From NCBI GenBank assembly GCA_030264375.1, contig JASCQW010000109.1, positions 44,156,356 through 44,220,355 of the forward strand: a stretch of 64,000 nucleotides of DNA. The letters are read 5' to 3'. Under the pieces are notes generated by a model, which did no database searches, was not told the DNA's origin, and was given only the letters and a program-made list of their open reading frames with translations. How positions within the stretch are numbered: the first letter of the stretch is position 1; each line of letters starts with the position of its first letter. Of this stretch, positions 1-13,350 are shown in pieces. Source of the DNA: Carcharhinus longimanus (Eukaryota). A program made the translations under genes and the position numbers.

Positions 1-73
1 TGATCTTATTGAATGGCGGGGCAGGCTCGAAGGGCTAGATGGCCTACTCCTGCTCCTATTTCTTATGTTCTTA
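1..73 (+). mobile_element. 3' terminus of a CR1-clade LINE
   Basis: tgaatggcggggcaggctcgaagggc...ggcctactcctgctcctatttcttatgttctta is the typical CR1 3' end with short tandem tail; the same end appears inverted at 21738. Confidence 0.8.
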
Positions 74-75
74 AT

Positions 76-460
76 TACCTGGATTATTTTTGCTACCCAT
101 CTTAAACAAGGGAACAACATTAGCTATTCTCCAATCCTCTGGGACCTGCCCTGTAGGCAGTGAGGATCCAAAGATTTCTCTCAAGACCCCAACAATTTCC
201 TCCCTTCTCTCAGTATTTTGGGGTATATCTCATCAGGCCTTGGGGACTTGTCTACCTTAATGTTTCTCAATACCTTCTCCTTTTTGATCTCAACATTCAA
301 TACAATTTAGCTGGCCTCAACTTCTTTTCTGTGCCATTTCCCCTTAGCCCAAGCCTCTCCTACCAGTGAAAACATCTCACCATCTATCCTGTCAAACCCT
401 CTTGGGATCTTATATGTTTGAATAAAGTCTCCCATTACTGTTTTAAACTCCAAGGAACTT
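76..460 (-). mobile_element. Decayed CR1 LINE fragments
   Basis: Resembles the minus-strand CR1 ORF2 pieces at 50040-50280 (aacattagctattctccaatcctctgggacc) and the 3' region ctatcctgtcaaaccc. Confidence 0.6.
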
Positions 461-2467
461 TGGATGCAAGGACTCCATTAGCATGTTTTCTAAGCAATTG
501 AATTTAATGTTCTCAAAAATTTACTAAAATCGAATGTTGTACTCCAACAAATGGCGATTTATTGGTAAATGGTTTTGTATATATATTTTTAAAGCCTTTT
601 TAAGTAATTTTGGGTTACTGACAGGTAGAGAATTGACTTTGGAATTAAAAATGCTTATTTTCTATAGTTGAACTGCATCAAGAATATCTTTTAAGCAAAA
701 TTTATAAAATGCTGCCTGATTTTCATTAGTTCACAAAAATGTTACATTCTACAAAATGAGTTCTGAGTGGCAAGTTGATTTTCGCAGGTGAGTTGAAGCT
801 TGAGGAGAACAAATGGTACAATTTGCGCCATGACAGACATTCTTAACTGATGACCTATTGAATATTTCCAACATTTCAAAGCATTTTTTTGATTTCCTTC
901 ACTATTTTCTCCTCTGCAGGAGGTGAAGTATAGTGAGCTTCAAGATCATCATACTTGCACTCAGCCGTACCTTTGATTAACATCAAGACATGTTTACATT
1001 ACATGAAGGACTACTGAAACTCTAAGCTGGTTTATTTTAATTCTCCCTTTGTACCCAAAGGAAATTTTATCTCTCTTAAGCAAGACAGGTTAAGCCTGTT
1101 AGCAGAAGGAAATGTACATATAGTAGATGTTCACCATACTGATACCAAAATCATTTACTCAATTTTTTTTATTCTGTCTTCTAGGACAAGACTCTGTACC
1201 ATCCAGTCAGTAATAGCTGTATGGACTGCAGTGCAACAGATAAAAACATTTTTATGAATACCTGTAATCCCTCGTCTCCTACACAACAATGGATATTTGA
1301 AAATATAAATGCAACAGTCTTGGAATATATGAACGCCCAAAACTTGTAGTGACTTGTATTTAAAACACTGAGATGTAATCATTCATTTTTATTGAGGGTG
1401 GTTTCTATGGGATGTTTTTATAGCCAAATCCAGGTTTTTTTTTATAATTATGTTATTTTGAAAGGTTAATCTCAGGAATGAATCAGGTATAGGCTGGTGT
1501 TTCAGTGATGACATCATATGCTCTTGAAGTGTACAAATGCTTGTATGCTGAAATAATAAACTTGAGCTAATTTCTAGTGCCTTGGCAGGTGAAAAGCAGA
1601 GAGTATACATGTCACTATGGTTCATACCTCATCCGAGCTATTAGCCAGCTCACTCTTTGCCAATTTATTTTCTAATTTGATTAAAGAAAACGAAGGATCT
1701 GCATCTGCGCTTTTCACGATCACTGGAAGTCTCCAAGTGCTCCACAGTCCATGAGTACTTTTGAAATGTAGTCACTATTAAAAGGAAACTTATAACCTCG
1801 CTAAATTGCTGCAAATGATTATTTAAATTAGCTGATATGATAGCACTTTAAAGAAACCTGTGCAGTGAAAAGTAACAATTAAAATTGACTGCAATATTTT
1901 CGAAACTGACTAAGTATCCATGTTGTATGAAGTTCTATTTTCCACAGTGGAGGTTGCCGCAATTTTGAAATTCCTTGATTTATAAAGAAAGGCGTAGGGC
2001 CAGGTATAGTTTATTCACTATTTAATTATGACCAGAATAACCTTCGGAAGCATCCCATTGAAATAAAATGGGAGAATATAAAATGTGTTGTGGTGCATCC
2101 ATGACTGTACATTTCCTGTTTTTAACAATCGAGTTGCTACATTTACATGTTTCTCATGTTGACACCAATATTACATTTTATTCCGGATTTGGAATTTTTA
2201 TTTTGCACTTTAAGATGACAATTTCTGCATGTTACCAACCTTGGATAGTGGTTATTGAAAATGACCTTATTTAGAAATATGTAAGGACCTGTATTCAAAT
2301 AACTTTATGCAATGTCTGTAACAAAATTTTGAATGCACTCAGAGAAATTTTGCATAAGAATCTCATTTTAACTCTGAATTTATGAGCAAGTTAAGCACAA
2401 TTTTGCTTTCTTTTAAAAGAAACACAATGATTAGCGGTGGGGAATATTTAAACTTTTACTTATTTAT

Positions 2468-3420
2468 GGGTGGAATTTTCCCAAAATAAACTGTCATAAT
2501 AGTGAGGATAAGAGAGTGATCCACACCTGTCTCCCAGGCACATTCTGCACCGCAGTCGTCCCATATTTTCTTTTTGGAGAATGGTAAGTTGCATACCGAT
2601 ACTGATTGGGGGGCGGGGACAGTCAGCTAAACACACACAGGTGAGCCCAGCTTCAGTGTGCTCAAGCACCGTTTTGCAAGGGCACCCTGATCTCACAGTG
2701 CACTGGGAAACCACCACTTCTCTCCCCATGAACATTGGGATCGCTCCCCTTCATCTGTGCACATTCCCCAACTATTCTCCCCTCACCCCCCACTCTGTCC
2801 ACAGTCATGGGTCACCAGCATTGGAGCCCTCCCTGTGGGTCCCCTTGCCTGGCCCCTGATATGCCACCCCCATTGTGACCCCCTTCAAGCTCCACCCTGC
2901 AAATCCCCCGTCATACTCCACCTCTTCATAGCGTCACTCTGGTTGATCTCTTCTGCACAGCCCTCCCCATCATGCCAGGCACATTTGCAGTGTTCAACTG
3001 GCACCGCCGGGGTGCCTGATGTACACTGTCAGGTTGGTATTCTCTGGTCNNNNNNNNNNNNNNNNNNNCCCCTGCGCGCCGCCCGCCGCCCCCCCCCCCC
3101 CCCCCCCCACCCTCCCAGGCATGGCCATTGCTCCTGGTCTCTGCTGGTCGGGACCACTTTTGTTCCTCACTGTTCTCGTGCCACACTCATGGGTTAGAAG
3201 ATTCTGGGGGCTGGGTTTTAAACCAACTAATTATATTTAAATGCCACTTTAAATATGCTAATTGATCTCGCACCCTTCCTGGCCTTATCCGGTTTGCGCC
3301 ATTAGAAAGGGACCAGGACGATTGCAATCCATTTGGCACGAGGTGTAGAAGCGATTTTTAGGCCCACACACTATTTTCCAAGATTGGCGTGATCTGCACC
3401 AGATGAGGCAACTCTATGCA
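2468..3420. mobile_element. GC-rich non-autonomous DNA-transposon-like element (contains N gap)
   Basis: Starts gggtggaattttcccaaaa, similar to the left ends at 12205, 31770 and 47779; abrupt GC-rich island in AT-rich DNA; no credible ORF. Confidence 0.5.
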
Positions 3421-3712
3421 CAAGACAATTTTTAATTGCCGTAGAGCTCATCAGTAGACTAGAGTTACAGGAATTACATAGTTTTTTGAACTGTATTTTC
3501 CATAGTGCATGATTTTAAAGAGAAATAATTTCTATGAAATGCTTAGATTCAATTATGACTGAATTCAAAGCTCCTTATAGAAGTCTAATGGGATTATCCA
3601 ATGAAAATACAAGGATGCATTACATCTTGCATGGAAGAGCACAAAAATGCCCAATACTGTTTATGTTGCCCCTGGGCCTCCTTCCACCATGCTTCATTTC
3701 ACTCTGACAACA

Positions 3713-4368
3713 TTTGATTTTATTTATTAGTATACAGTGAAAAGTATTGTTTCTTGCGTGCTGTAGACAAAGCATGTCATTCTTGGAGAAGGAAAGGAGA
3801 GAGTGCAGAATGTAATGTTACAGTCATAGCTAGGGTGCAGAGAAAGATCAACTTAATGCTAGGTAGGTCCAGTCAAAAGTCTGATGGCAGCAAGATAGAA
3901 ACTGATCTTGGATTGGTTGGTATGTGACCTCAGACTTTTGTATCTGTTTTCTGACGGAAGAAGATGGAAAGGAGTATGTCTGGGGTGCACGTGATCTTCG
4001 ATTATGCTGACTGCTTTTGAGGCAGTGGGAAGTGTAGACACTGTCAATGGGTTGGAGGCTAATTTGAGTGATGAAATGGGCTTCGCTCACAACCCTTTGT
4101 AATTTCTTGTGATCTTGGACAGAGTAGGAGCCATACCAAGCTGTGATACAAACAGAAAGAATGCTTTCTATGTTGCATCTGTAAAAGTTGGTGAGAGTCA
4201 TAGCAGGTGTGTCAAATTTCCTTAGTCTTCTGAGGAAGTAGAGGCATTGCTGGGCTTTCTTAACTATATTGTCAGCATGGGGGGACCAGGACAAGTTGTT
4301 GGTGATCTGGACACCTAAAAACTTGAAGCACCCAACCATTTCTACTTTGTCCCCATTGATGTAGATAG
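3713..4368 (-). mobile_element. 5'-truncated Rex1/Babar-like non-LTR retrotransposon, RT C-terminal region plus 3' UTR
   Basis: ORF 3848..4378 has FKFLGVQITNNLSWSPHADNIVKKAQQCLYFLRRLRKF...TNFYRCNIESILSVCITAWYG, typical of the Rex1 RT C-terminus; frameshifted; paralogous copy at 13351-14220. Confidence 0.85.
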
Positions 4369-6510
4369 CACGCAACATTTCCTAATGTTTTCTCTTATAT
4401 ACCTATGTAGCTTCTCTTGAAATGCATCAATACTATTTGTCTTAACTACTCCATTTGGGTAGCAAGTTCTACATCCTCACCACTCTGAGTAAAGCTGTTT
4501 CTCCTGAATTCCTTATTTCATTTATTAGTGGGTATCTTATATTTATGGTCCCTTATTTTAGACTCTCCCACAAGCAGAACTCATGTTATTTTCAAAAATC
4601 CAAAATTAGTGGAGGGAGGGGTGCTGAGAGTTAAATATTAAATGATTGCTCTCCAATATTGGCTTTTAGACATTTTATTGATTTCTTCAGAAAATTTATA
4701 CAAGCATAAAATGGAGATGTGCTTTCAGTCCAATTCTGATCTGTGGATTGGAATACCTTTTTGAGAAATCAAACCAATATCAACTATCAAATACATCTGT
4801 TTTAAAAAAAAACTGCTGAAGTACAAAGATAAGTTGGCCTCAACAATATACCATTACAATGGAAATATGATAGTTCTGCCTTTGAGAAAATGTGCATTTG
4901 AGAATGGCCTTTTGGTAAGGGCAGCCATATTACATTTTAATTACTTAGGATTATGTATGTATCAACCACAGAATATATTCTGACACATTTAAAATCTTTG
5001 TTAGAGTGCTTTATTGTTCAAATGTATAGTCCTCAATTCTGAATGTCCACTGGCTCTCAAACCGTTTGTATAAATACTTTGTGGTATTTTCCATCAAGTC
5101 TTTTTTTTTTGCTACATGAATTATCTCATTGTAAATATCTGAGGAAGATGACAAATTGTACTATTAAATGAACATGGTTCTTCAGTTTGACCACTTGTTA
5201 TTCTTTGAAAATATTTTAAATCACTACTGTTTTGTAACATTAGATTGTTAGTAATGGTTATGAACATTCTGGGAACTATGCATAATTTTGGAGGCTGAAA
5301 TAATTTGATATTTGGCCTCAGATTTGGCGCAACCAAAGAAATGCCCTGTGGACCTACAGCATAGTGGTCACTCTTTTTTAAATGTTGTTCTAAGATTTTG
5401 CATTACCTTTGCCAAGATACTGAGTTCAGCACTGTTGTTACTGGGGCAGTGAAGGACTCAGCAACCCAGTTCACCACACAAATCCTTCTTATTCCAATCA
5501 GAACTAATTTTTGTATTTCTTCTACCTAATCTACATCAATTTCATCTCAAAATCTCAGACAGAATAGGAAAGCAGGAAGAAGTAACCAAATACCTATTTG
5601 TGGGGGGTGGGGAGAGCAGGAGAGAGGTCTGAGCAATAAAAACTATCTTTAGCTTAAATCCAGACCAGGGGTTTCCTTGTTTAAGGTGGTTATTTGAAAG
5701 TACCCATGAACTATTTTGCCTCATATTTGGCCTCAATTTAGGTCTTAAAATCCATTTTTAATCAATGTCTGTGCAAGAGACTATATCATTAGAACGGGCT
5801 TTACTGCTTTGAGTACATTGAAACCAAGTACTTGTCCTGGCAACTTCCTCCTTTTGCATTTAATTATACCCCCCTGGATTATGTTGAAATTTGTTACTGG
5901 CCTAGTGCCCACTGCCATGAAATTCCAGTCATGTAAACTGAGAGGGTCAAGAAACAAAATATGATAGAGGTAATCCAACCTTTTAGTTTGTCTCATTACC
6001 AAAAACGGTCACATTGCTTTAAACAGGAAATCGGAATGAAGGGGGTCTGGTACTGCTGACCTTTGCATTGCTTTTCCCAACGTGAATAGTAATTGTTTAC
6101 AATTATTTTAGTGGATGAAATTGGAAATCTGCTCATAGATCCATGTATAATAGAGCCACCAGATCAAAATAAAGTTATCGCACTGATCGCAATATAATGT
6201 AAGAGCATAAGGACATGTGGCTCGAAACTTGAATCGCTTCTCCTGTAACGCTGACAGCCAAACCTTCAAATGCATTTTCAACATCCATGTCTGACTCTTG
6301 TACTTTGCATGCTAGATTATTCCAAATGTTTACCATCATTTAGGTAAACAATTCTCTCCTAATACCAGTTTTGTGATTTTAATTTTAACTCTTATGGTTC
6401 TATTGGTCTGATAAATTTTGCATAGCAATGGGGAAAATTTAAACATCAAAAATGTCTTTCGTTAAGGGATATTTCAAAACGAAGTTTCAGAAACATAATC
6501 CTTTTGTGAA

Positions 6511-7650
6511 ATACAACAACTTGTGTTTATATAGTGCCTTTAACATAATAAAATGTCCTTCACTGCTCCAGGAGCATTATAAAGGAAAAGTTGACAATGA
6601 ACCATGTGAGGAGATATTAGGGTCAAGAGATTTTAAGGAACGCTTTAGATTCAGGGAGGGAATTGTGCAGCCCAGAGTCGAGGCAGCTGAAGGCACGGTC
6701 ACCAACATTGGAGCAAATAAAAAGTAAGTTCAATTGGTTATAGTTAACACAGCACAGTATCTTGGAAGGTTGTGGGATTAGAGGATTTGGTAAGATCATG
6801 TGTGGATTTAAAAATAGAGATGAGAATTTTAAAATTGAAGTTTTGCTTAATTAGAGGCCAATGTAAGTCAACAAACTGGTGGTGGCTGATCTTGGTGCAA
6901 GTAATAAGGTGGGCAGCAGAGCTTTTGATTACCTAATTATTGACAGGAGAATGTGAGAGGGTGATCTGGAGTGTATTGGAATAGTTGAGGAAAAGAAATA
7001 AGAAAGATATGAATTATGATTTTAGCAGCAGATTAGCTGAGGGAGTGCTGGGTCAAGTGATCTTGGAGGTGAAATTAGCCAATTTTAGTGATGGTGTAGA
7101 TACGTAGTTGAAAGCTCATCTTTGCAAAATATGACACTAAGTTTACAAAAAGTCTTGTTTAGCCTCAGTTGTCAGGAAGAGGGATGGAGTCAGTGGTTAA
7201 GGAACACAGATTGTAGTGGGATCTGAACACAGTGGCTGCAGTTTTCCCAATACATTGTATTTAATTGGAGAGAATTTCTGCTCATCCAGTATTGGATGTA
7301 GGAAAAGGAGACAGTGGAGAAGTTGAGAAAGGTGGTGGTGACCTGGGTGTCATCATCACACATGAAAACTGATGCTATGTTTTTGGTTGCCAGGGGAACA
7401 TGTGGCTGAGAAATGCAAGGCATTCAAAGCTGTATCTTTGGGGATGTCAGAGGCAACTGTGAGGGAGTGGGAAGAGGAGCCATTGTGGGTGATTCTCTGA
7501 CAACAACCAGATATGAATGAAACCAAGCAAGTGCATTCATAGCATATGGAATATGGGAGAGAGGTGTTGGAAAAGGATCATCCATGTCAGGGGGAACAGG
7601 TTGAGAATGATGCCACAGTCATGTAGCATGTCATTGGTCACTTTGGTCTT
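6511..7650 (-). mobile_element. Old L2-clade LINE fragment
   Basis: Begins acaacaacttgtgtttatatagtgcctttaac (reverse-complemented L2 3' tail), followed by a purine-rich body including gtgtcatcatcacacatgaa (decayed YADD region). Confidence 0.65.
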
Positions 7651-8376
7651 TAATACAAAAATAATGGAGTTGTTGACGAATCACTATAATCTATCTCTAT
7701 GAAATAGACTTCAATGGATACAGATATAAGGCAAGGGAATTCCGCGTGGTAGAAAGATTTGGGAATCATATTTTCCAAAGTTAAGTGTTGCCACCTGAGT
7801 ACATACTCAGTACTGAATATATTATGCATTCTGGGCTAATGACACACATTAGATGGATAAATCTGGGTATTTGTCTGGAATTTGATACTTCAAACAAATC
7901 TGAAATCCTTGTAACGTATCTGCAATATGTTGAAAGAAAAAGAATGCTACAATCCTTAGAAAAATTGTAAATTTGGTAAGAAAATTAATGTAGATTCAGT
8001 TTTTAGTTCATTTTCTACTTGTGAGCATAACTAATTGTAGAACTGTATATATATACTGTATCTCCATATGTAACCAAGGGTTTTTTTTGCAGCATTAGTA
8101 AAAACAGGGGGTACTTTATCAGTTTTTGACTCTTCTTTGAATTTATTCCAGTGTTACTACTATCTAAAAGTATGCTTTTAATTGAGAACCTATCAGTGAG
8201 ATTTAGACTTCATGGTGACTTTTCATCAAGGCTAGTCAGCTCAAGAAAGCTGTGCTGAATATGTAATCAAAAACCTTTTGGAATTTTTGGTTTCTGAGTT
8301 TGTTTTAGTGGGAGAGATAACAACATCTGACATTCGTATATACAGTCTGTAATGGCAGGGTGTGAAGTTAATTACT

Positions 8377-8762
8377 TAAGAACAATGGAACAGGAATAGG
8401 CTATTCAGTCCCTTAAACTTGTTCTGCTGCTGTTCAGTCAGATCATGGTTGATCTGTACCTTAACTTCATCAACTGGCTTGGTTCTGTAACTTTTAATAC
8501 CATTGTTTAACAAAAATCTACAATTTATTTTTAAAATTTTCAATTTGCCTACTCTGTTTGTGGTGGGGTTTCCAAATTTTCAGAAACACTCCTGACATCA
8601 CTCCTAAATGGTCCGACGCTTATTTTAAAAATATTACACACTTGTTCTGAACTCTCCCAGCCGGATGATATAGTTTATATTTATTTGTCTTGTCAAATTA
8701 TTTAATCACCTTAAATCATCTTAAACACCTCAGTTCAATNNNNNTAATCAAGGGAATAAACA
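8377..8762 (-). mobile_element. CR1 LINE 3' fragment
   Basis: taagaacaatggaacaggaataggctattcagtccc...gatcatggttgatct matches the reversed CR1 3' end. Confidence 0.65.
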
Positions 8763-8765
8763 CCT

Positions 8766-9480
8766 CGGGTGCAGTCTTGCAAAGAAAATCCAAAGCACCA
8801 AACAAGCGAGAAAACAGGTAAGTTTCAGACCTTTTTTTGGGCGAGTTTGAAAATGCAGTCTTATGACACAAGTGTGAGTCTCACCAGTTGTTTGGGGGCC
8901 CCCAAGAGCCAAGCCCAAGCTGACCAATGAAGCCAGCTACAGACTGCTCAGGGTACCATTGTGCAGGCTCCCCAATCTTCCAGTACACTGAGGACTTCCT
9001 GCCACCCCCTGCACGTCATCCATCCCATGGATTTTGCCACAAATGGGGGGGGGGGGCGCAATATACCTTCCCCATGGCAACACTGGTCACTGGCGTTGGG
9101 ACCCCCCCCCTCCCATGAACCCCAGACACGACCCGCTCTCTAGCACACCCTGCACATTCCACCATTTGCCAGTCTCCCCTGTACACTGATCACCCCCTTG
9201 CGCTGGTCATCCCCTTTGGCGAACATCCACTTTGAAGGTCTCTCTTCCCTGCTGAACACACCCATTGCTCACTCCCCATGCTGATCAGCCCCCTGTCTAC
9301 TGAGCTCTACATCCCACACAGCTCCCCACTTGCCTCCCCATCTTTATAGCCTCACCCCCTTGGCACTGCCCTGGCAGTAATGGTGCCCATGGCAGTGCCA
9401 AGTGGGCACTGCCTGGTCTTGCCCCTGACCACCTATGGCTTCAATAACCTCCGATCCCTCGTGCGAGGCCATAACATCCA
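8766..9480. mobile_element. GC-rich non-autonomous element (family of 12205/31770/47779)
   Basis: Shares the ggcactgccc...ggcagtgccaag...ggcactgcc internal block and a similar left end. Confidence 0.55.
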
Positions 9481-9974
9481 AACTAAACTTTGCTGTACAA
9501 TGTCAGAAAAGAAAAATCAACAATATCTAGAATAGGTGGTTGAAAGCATTGTCAAAATGATAGACTTTAGGAGACTTTCACTGACAGAGATTTGTGTTGG
9601 GATTCCAGATACTAAGTCCAAGGTAACTGTGGGCCATTGAACTGACAATGGAGTGAGGGGTGAATGGGTTACACAGAAAGGTGGAACTGGAGAAATTATT
9701 GGCTTAGTTTGTAGAGGGAGATAAAATAAGCAATGGAGGGGTTATGATCAAGGTTGAGAGCATTGAATTTGATATATTGGGTGATAAGGAATCAAAGGAA
9801 GTTGGTATGAGCAGAAAAGTGACATCATAGAAATTGAGTCAAGAAGTAACAAGCTTGCCCATGAATCTCAATAGTAGATGAAAGGAAATGGGAGGGAGGA
9901 GTGGGGGGAGGGGTGGGGGGGCGAGGTGTAGTGACAAGAATTAAGTGAAAGAAAACAAAGTGAGTGGACATATG

Positions 9975-10842
9975 CAGTTGGATGAGTGGGTGAGTGGGCA
10001 GATGCATGGTAGATGCAGTATAATGTGGATTAAATGGATTAAGTGTGACACTACCCAGTTCGGTAGCAAAAATAGGAAGGCAGATAATTATTTAAATGAG
10101 TGTAAATTGAGAGAGGTGGACAGTCAGCAAGATCTTTGTGTCCTTGTGCATCAGTCACTGAAAGTAATTACACAGGTACAACAGGCAGTAGAGAAGTCCA
10201 ATGGCATGTTGGCCTTCATAGCGAGAGATTTGAGTATAGGAATAGGGATGTTTTACTGCAATTATAGAGGGCATTGGTGAGACTACACTTGGAGTACTAT
10301 GTACAGTTTTGGTGTCCTTATCTGAGAAGAATGTCCTTGCTATTGAGAACAGCAAAGATTTACCAGGCTGGTTCTTGGGATGGCAGGTCTATCATATGAG
10401 GAGAAACTAAATTGGTTAGGATTATATTGATTGGAGTTGAGAAGAGTGAGAGGGGAATCTCACAAGAAACTTACAAAATTCTAACAAGATTAGACAGGGT
10501 AGATTCAGAAAGAATGTTTCTGATGGTGGGGAGTCCATAAATACGGGGCACAGTTTGACGATAAGGGGTAAGCCTTTTAGGACTGAGGTAAGGAGAAATT
10601 TCTTCACCCAGAGAGTGGTGAATCTGTGGAATTCACTACCACAGCAAGTAGTTAAGGTCAAAATGTTGTGTGATTTCAAGAAGAAATTAAATTTGGCTCT
10701 TGGGGGCTGAAGGGATCAAGGGATATAGGGAGAAGGCAGGATGAGGATATTAAATTTGGTAATCAGCCATTATCAAAATGAATGGCAGAACAGGTGAAAA
10801 GGACTGAATGGCCTACTCCTGCTTCTATTTTTGATGTTTCTA
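9975..10842 (+). mobile_element. 5'-truncated CR1 LINE (RT C-terminus and 3' end)
   Basis: Translations DEWVSGQMHG/QDLCVLVHQSLKVITQVQQAVEKSNGMLAFIAR; ends gaatggcctactcctgcttctatttttgatgtttct. Confidence 0.85.
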
Positions 10843-11357
10843 AATGTGGAAGTGATCAAATGTTCAGCAGCCCACCTGAATGGCCTAATTTTAATTTTAA
10901 GAATGCTCTCTCTTGTTCAGCGTTCCCTTATAAGAGGAAATAAGGATTTGTGACAGAGATATAACCATGGTTTTTGGGCATGGTGTCAGTATGCAGCTCC
11001 CTTGCCATTTCAGCTTATGAAATTGTGCCAAAGATTTTGCCTCTATGGGTAATTGTCTTCTTTCAGTTGGCTCAAAGGAATTTCACAATTACTGGCACAT
11101 TAGGCACTACTTCACACCTTTATCATGAGACTGATATATTCATCTTTTCAAAATCATCGTGTCTGTCCTCTGTTGTGGAGTAGTTTGGCACTAGAAAGAA
11201 TCTCCAGATTTCTAGAAGTTAATTTTAGGATCTCAGCTTTCCATACATATTAATGACTTGGATAGAAAAAGAGATGTTTACCAAGGTTTCCAGATTCCAC
11301 CAAATTAGGAGGCAGAATAAGTTGTCTGGATGTAAGCAGAAAGTTACAAAGAAACAT

Positions 11358-11484
11358 GGGCCGGAATTTTACTGCTTCACCTGCCATGGGAATTTGAACG
11401 GGCACGAGGCGGACATGGAAAGGTCCATTTGACCTTGGGTGGGATTTTATGGCTTCAGAACAAATGAGCCACAAAATCCCAGCC
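11358..11484. mobile_element. Short MITE
   Basis: Imperfect terminal inverted repeats gggccggaatttt ... aaaatcccagcc. Confidence 0.6.
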
Positions 11485-11534
11485 ATTGACTGAGCCAGTG
11501 AGAAAAACTACAATAAACAAAGTTCAATGAGATC

Positions 11535-11850
11535 ATTTATCTTGGATTTGAGAAAGGGAAATCAAAATTTTCAACCATGAAAGCCTATAAACTGTGGAAG
11601 AACAAAAAGATTTAGCTATCCATAAATATAAATCACTAAAAGCTAATGGGCTGTACAGAAAGTAAGAAGCCAAATAAAATGTTGGGCTTTATTTCAAGGG
11701 GCAGGGGTGGAATTAAAAGTGAGGAAGTGATGATTCCACTGTAAAGAGAACTGGTTAAATAAACTCCATCTTGTGTACTGCAGTTAATTTCCGGAACACT
11801 CTTCAGCGAAGATCTATTGGTCTTGGGATGGGTTCAGGGCTAATACTGGG
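11535..11850 (+). mobile_element. Heavily decayed CR1 RT fragment
   Basis: gaacaaaaagatttagctatccata...aaatcactaaaagcta...aatgttgggctttatttcaaggg parallels 10125-10230. Confidence 0.55.
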
Positions 11851-11914
11851 GCTAAAAGGATTAAATTATGATGGTACCAAGAATTTATACAGGATTTAAG
11901 GATGATCAGCTCCA

Positions 11915-12052
11915 GGGCCAGAACCTTACCACCTTTCACACCAGCGGGATTTTCCCATCTTGCCATAATGAATGGAGATTTGGCTGGCTGCCAAATTCTT
12001 TGACCTCGCTGCAGTGGGACTGTGGCGTTAATGGCAGGTAAGATCATGTCCC
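11915..12052. mobile_element. Short MITE, probably PIF/Harbinger
   Basis: TIRs ggccagaaccttacc ... ggtaagatcatgtcc, flanked by a 3-bp CAG direct repeat; relative at 14443-14577. Confidence 0.6.
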
Positions 12053-12204
12053 AGGTCTCTCACGTGATGACAGAATTTGACAGACTAGACACAGTTAGAT
12101 CAGCCTTCTATCTGGTGTTGGATTACAAAATAAAAAAGTATAGCTAAAGCATTTGACAGTAAAATCTAGCAAACACCTTTTTCACATGAAGGGAGGTAAA
12201 ATTT

Positions 12205-13236
12205 TCAGACAGAATCCTCCCAAAAAACTTGTCAAATTTGTGTCAAATTTGCATGAAAACAGTTGTAATTCACACTGTTTCATTTCAGTGGGAGTTCAGA
12301 CAAGAATCTTCCACTTTCTTGGCATTGCAGAGGCCCCAGCGTGAATATCATTAAAAACTATTCCTGCCGAAGAGGCTTAAATTAGCGCGCTGAGCACGGT
12401 ATCAGGCATGTGCTGATCTGTCAGTGCCGATATTGGCACAAGCACCAAGGCCCCTCAATGACAGCCTCCCTCCTGGCTGGCCAGCTCAATCGCTGGCCCC
12501 CTGACCACCCTGGGCCCAATCCCGACCCTCCCCTCTCCCCCCACCCCCTGGCTCACCCCANNNNNNNNNNNNNNNNNNNNNNNNNNNNNNNNNNNNNNNN
12601 NNNNNNNNNNNNNNNNNNNNNNNNNNNNNNNNNNNNNNNNNNNNNNNNNNNNNNNNNNNNNNNNNNNNNNNNNNNNNNNNNNNNNNNNNNNNNNNNNNNN
12701 NNNNNNNNNNNNNNNNNNNNNNNNCCCCACCCCACTGATTGCCCCATAGGCCCCTCCCCCTTGGGACTGTCCCATGCCCGATGGGCAGTACCAAAGAGGC
12801 CCCTGGGCATTGGTACTTTGACCTTGGGCAGTGCCAGGGGCACAGGCTGGCACTGCCAGGGTGCCCTTTACCCAGGGGGCACCAGCTCCTGCACCCGACC
12901 CCTGGGGATCCTGATTCCCCCCTCTTCACTCCAGTGGGATCAGACTGCAGTTCCCTGAAAGTGGAGCCAGTGTAATCCCTGTTGGAGTGAAACACTCTGG
13001 TGGGGTAGGAGAGGCTAGCAGGCCCAGAGAATTCAGTCCTGGGCCCACTAATCTCATTTAAATTGTAAGGAAATTATTATTTAAATCATTTCTAGATCTC
13101 CCTGCCAATTTCCGGCAGGGGGCAAATGCCGCTGGAAATCCAGCGCTTGAAGACACAAGTGGAGTGCAAACACTCGCACAATCCCCGCGAATCAGCCGCC
13201 ACGGGATTAGTGTAGTGGGATAGGAGAATCGTGGCC
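12205..13236. mobile_element. GC-rich non-autonomous DNA transposon (Harbinger-like ends; N gap inside)
   Basis: Left end cagacagaatcctcccaaaaaa, right end ggagaatcgtggcc; clearly homologous to 31770-32495 and 47779-48780. Confidence 0.65.
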
Positions 13237-13350
13237 CTGGAATTTTCCCCTCCAAAAGGCAGTGCTCACTGGGACAAGTAAACACTTCAAAACTTAAAAG
13301 AACATTGACTTTTGTTTGGTGGGGACGCCAAGGGATATGGAGCAAAGGAG

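Noticed and set aside
905-1095. Possible exon between ttttctcctctgcAG (about 919) and ag|GTtaag (about 1089)
   Set aside because: No coding signal or homology; such site pairs are common by chance.
12410-12995. Long ORFs spanning N runs (also 14909, 42633, 44504)
   Set aside because: Their length is an artefact of unknown bases and GC-rich repeats.
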